DNA from: Convolutriloba macropyga
Lineage: Eukaryota
Direction of reading: 5' to 3'
Assembly: GCF_964194025.1 (NCBI RefSeq)
Contig: NC_134478.1
Location: forward strand, 9,858,001-9,922,000
Length of the DNA: 64,000 bases
Part shown: positions 63,546 to 64,000 of the stretch, one piece after another
Layout of the letters: the number at the start of each line of letters is the position of its first letter
Numbering within the stretch: position 1 is the stretch's first letter
Made by a program: the position numbers and the translations under genes
The notes under the pieces: generated by a model
Databases searched by the model: none
What the model was told of the DNA's origin: nothing
Seen by the model: the letters and a program-made list of their open reading frames with translations, nothing else

Positions 63546-64000
63546 ATAGAATAGATGAGAGACAACGTGACAAGGCATCCCTACCAGTTTGCCTGCAGGA
63601 AATGAATATCACCCGCAATCTGATATCGCGCATAGTATGCGTGAGAATAGACATGTCAAAAGCGGTTTACTCGGTCCCAAGAAAATCCTAAGATCCTAGC
63701 AAAGATGAGTGGAAGAGGAGTAGACAAAGACAATCTAACAATCATCAAGTTACTTCTGAGAAAAATTTTTCTGCAGGTTAGGAAAGAAAAATCGAAAATT
63801 AAAAGCTCAGCATGGAAAACGGAGTTCCCCAGCCAGATATCTTATCCTCAAATTTGTTCATAGTTTATCTAGACAAAGCCCTGAGAGAAATTGATAACGT
63901 CCTGGACTCAGAGAACTCATCCACCCAGGAGAAGAACTGCCCAAACAACCAAGATCATGACTACAATGAGAAAGCGTGATCAAAAATATGCTGATGATGC

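Overview
AT-rich, intron-rich eukaryotic (probably invertebrate animal) DNA dominated by transposable elements; no prokaryotic features. Main contents: (1) a full-length but disabled Ty3/Gypsy LTR retrotransposon (2462-9437) with nearly identical 492-bp LTRs; (2) a gapped ~2.5-kb-unit tandem array (10158-15870); (3) a 1.24-kb tandem duplication, an intact tRNA-Gly(CCC) and a family of 146-188-bp GG..CC MITEs with 8-bp TSDs; (4) the standout: a 12.1-kb almost entirely palindromic, non-coding element (24456-36558; arms ~6.3 and ~5.7 kb, 25-bp spacer) with AGTAGT...ACTACT termini and a perfect 6-bp TSD (TACGTC), i.e. Maverick/Polinton-type ends, carrying mirrored 149-bp satellite arrays; (5) a two-exon M20 dipeptidase gene (CNDP2-like); (6) a decayed CR1-type LINE with a tandemly duplicated 3' part; (7) the 5' exons of a probable PH-domain gene; (8) a cluster of tandem and inverted copies of a second LINE joined by a recurring ATAATGTAGATAG motif. 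A chain of phase-compatible minus-strand exons of an unidentified gene appears to thread through the first 37 kb with the Gypsy, tandem array and giant palindrome in its introns. All coordinates, counts and alignments were read by eye.
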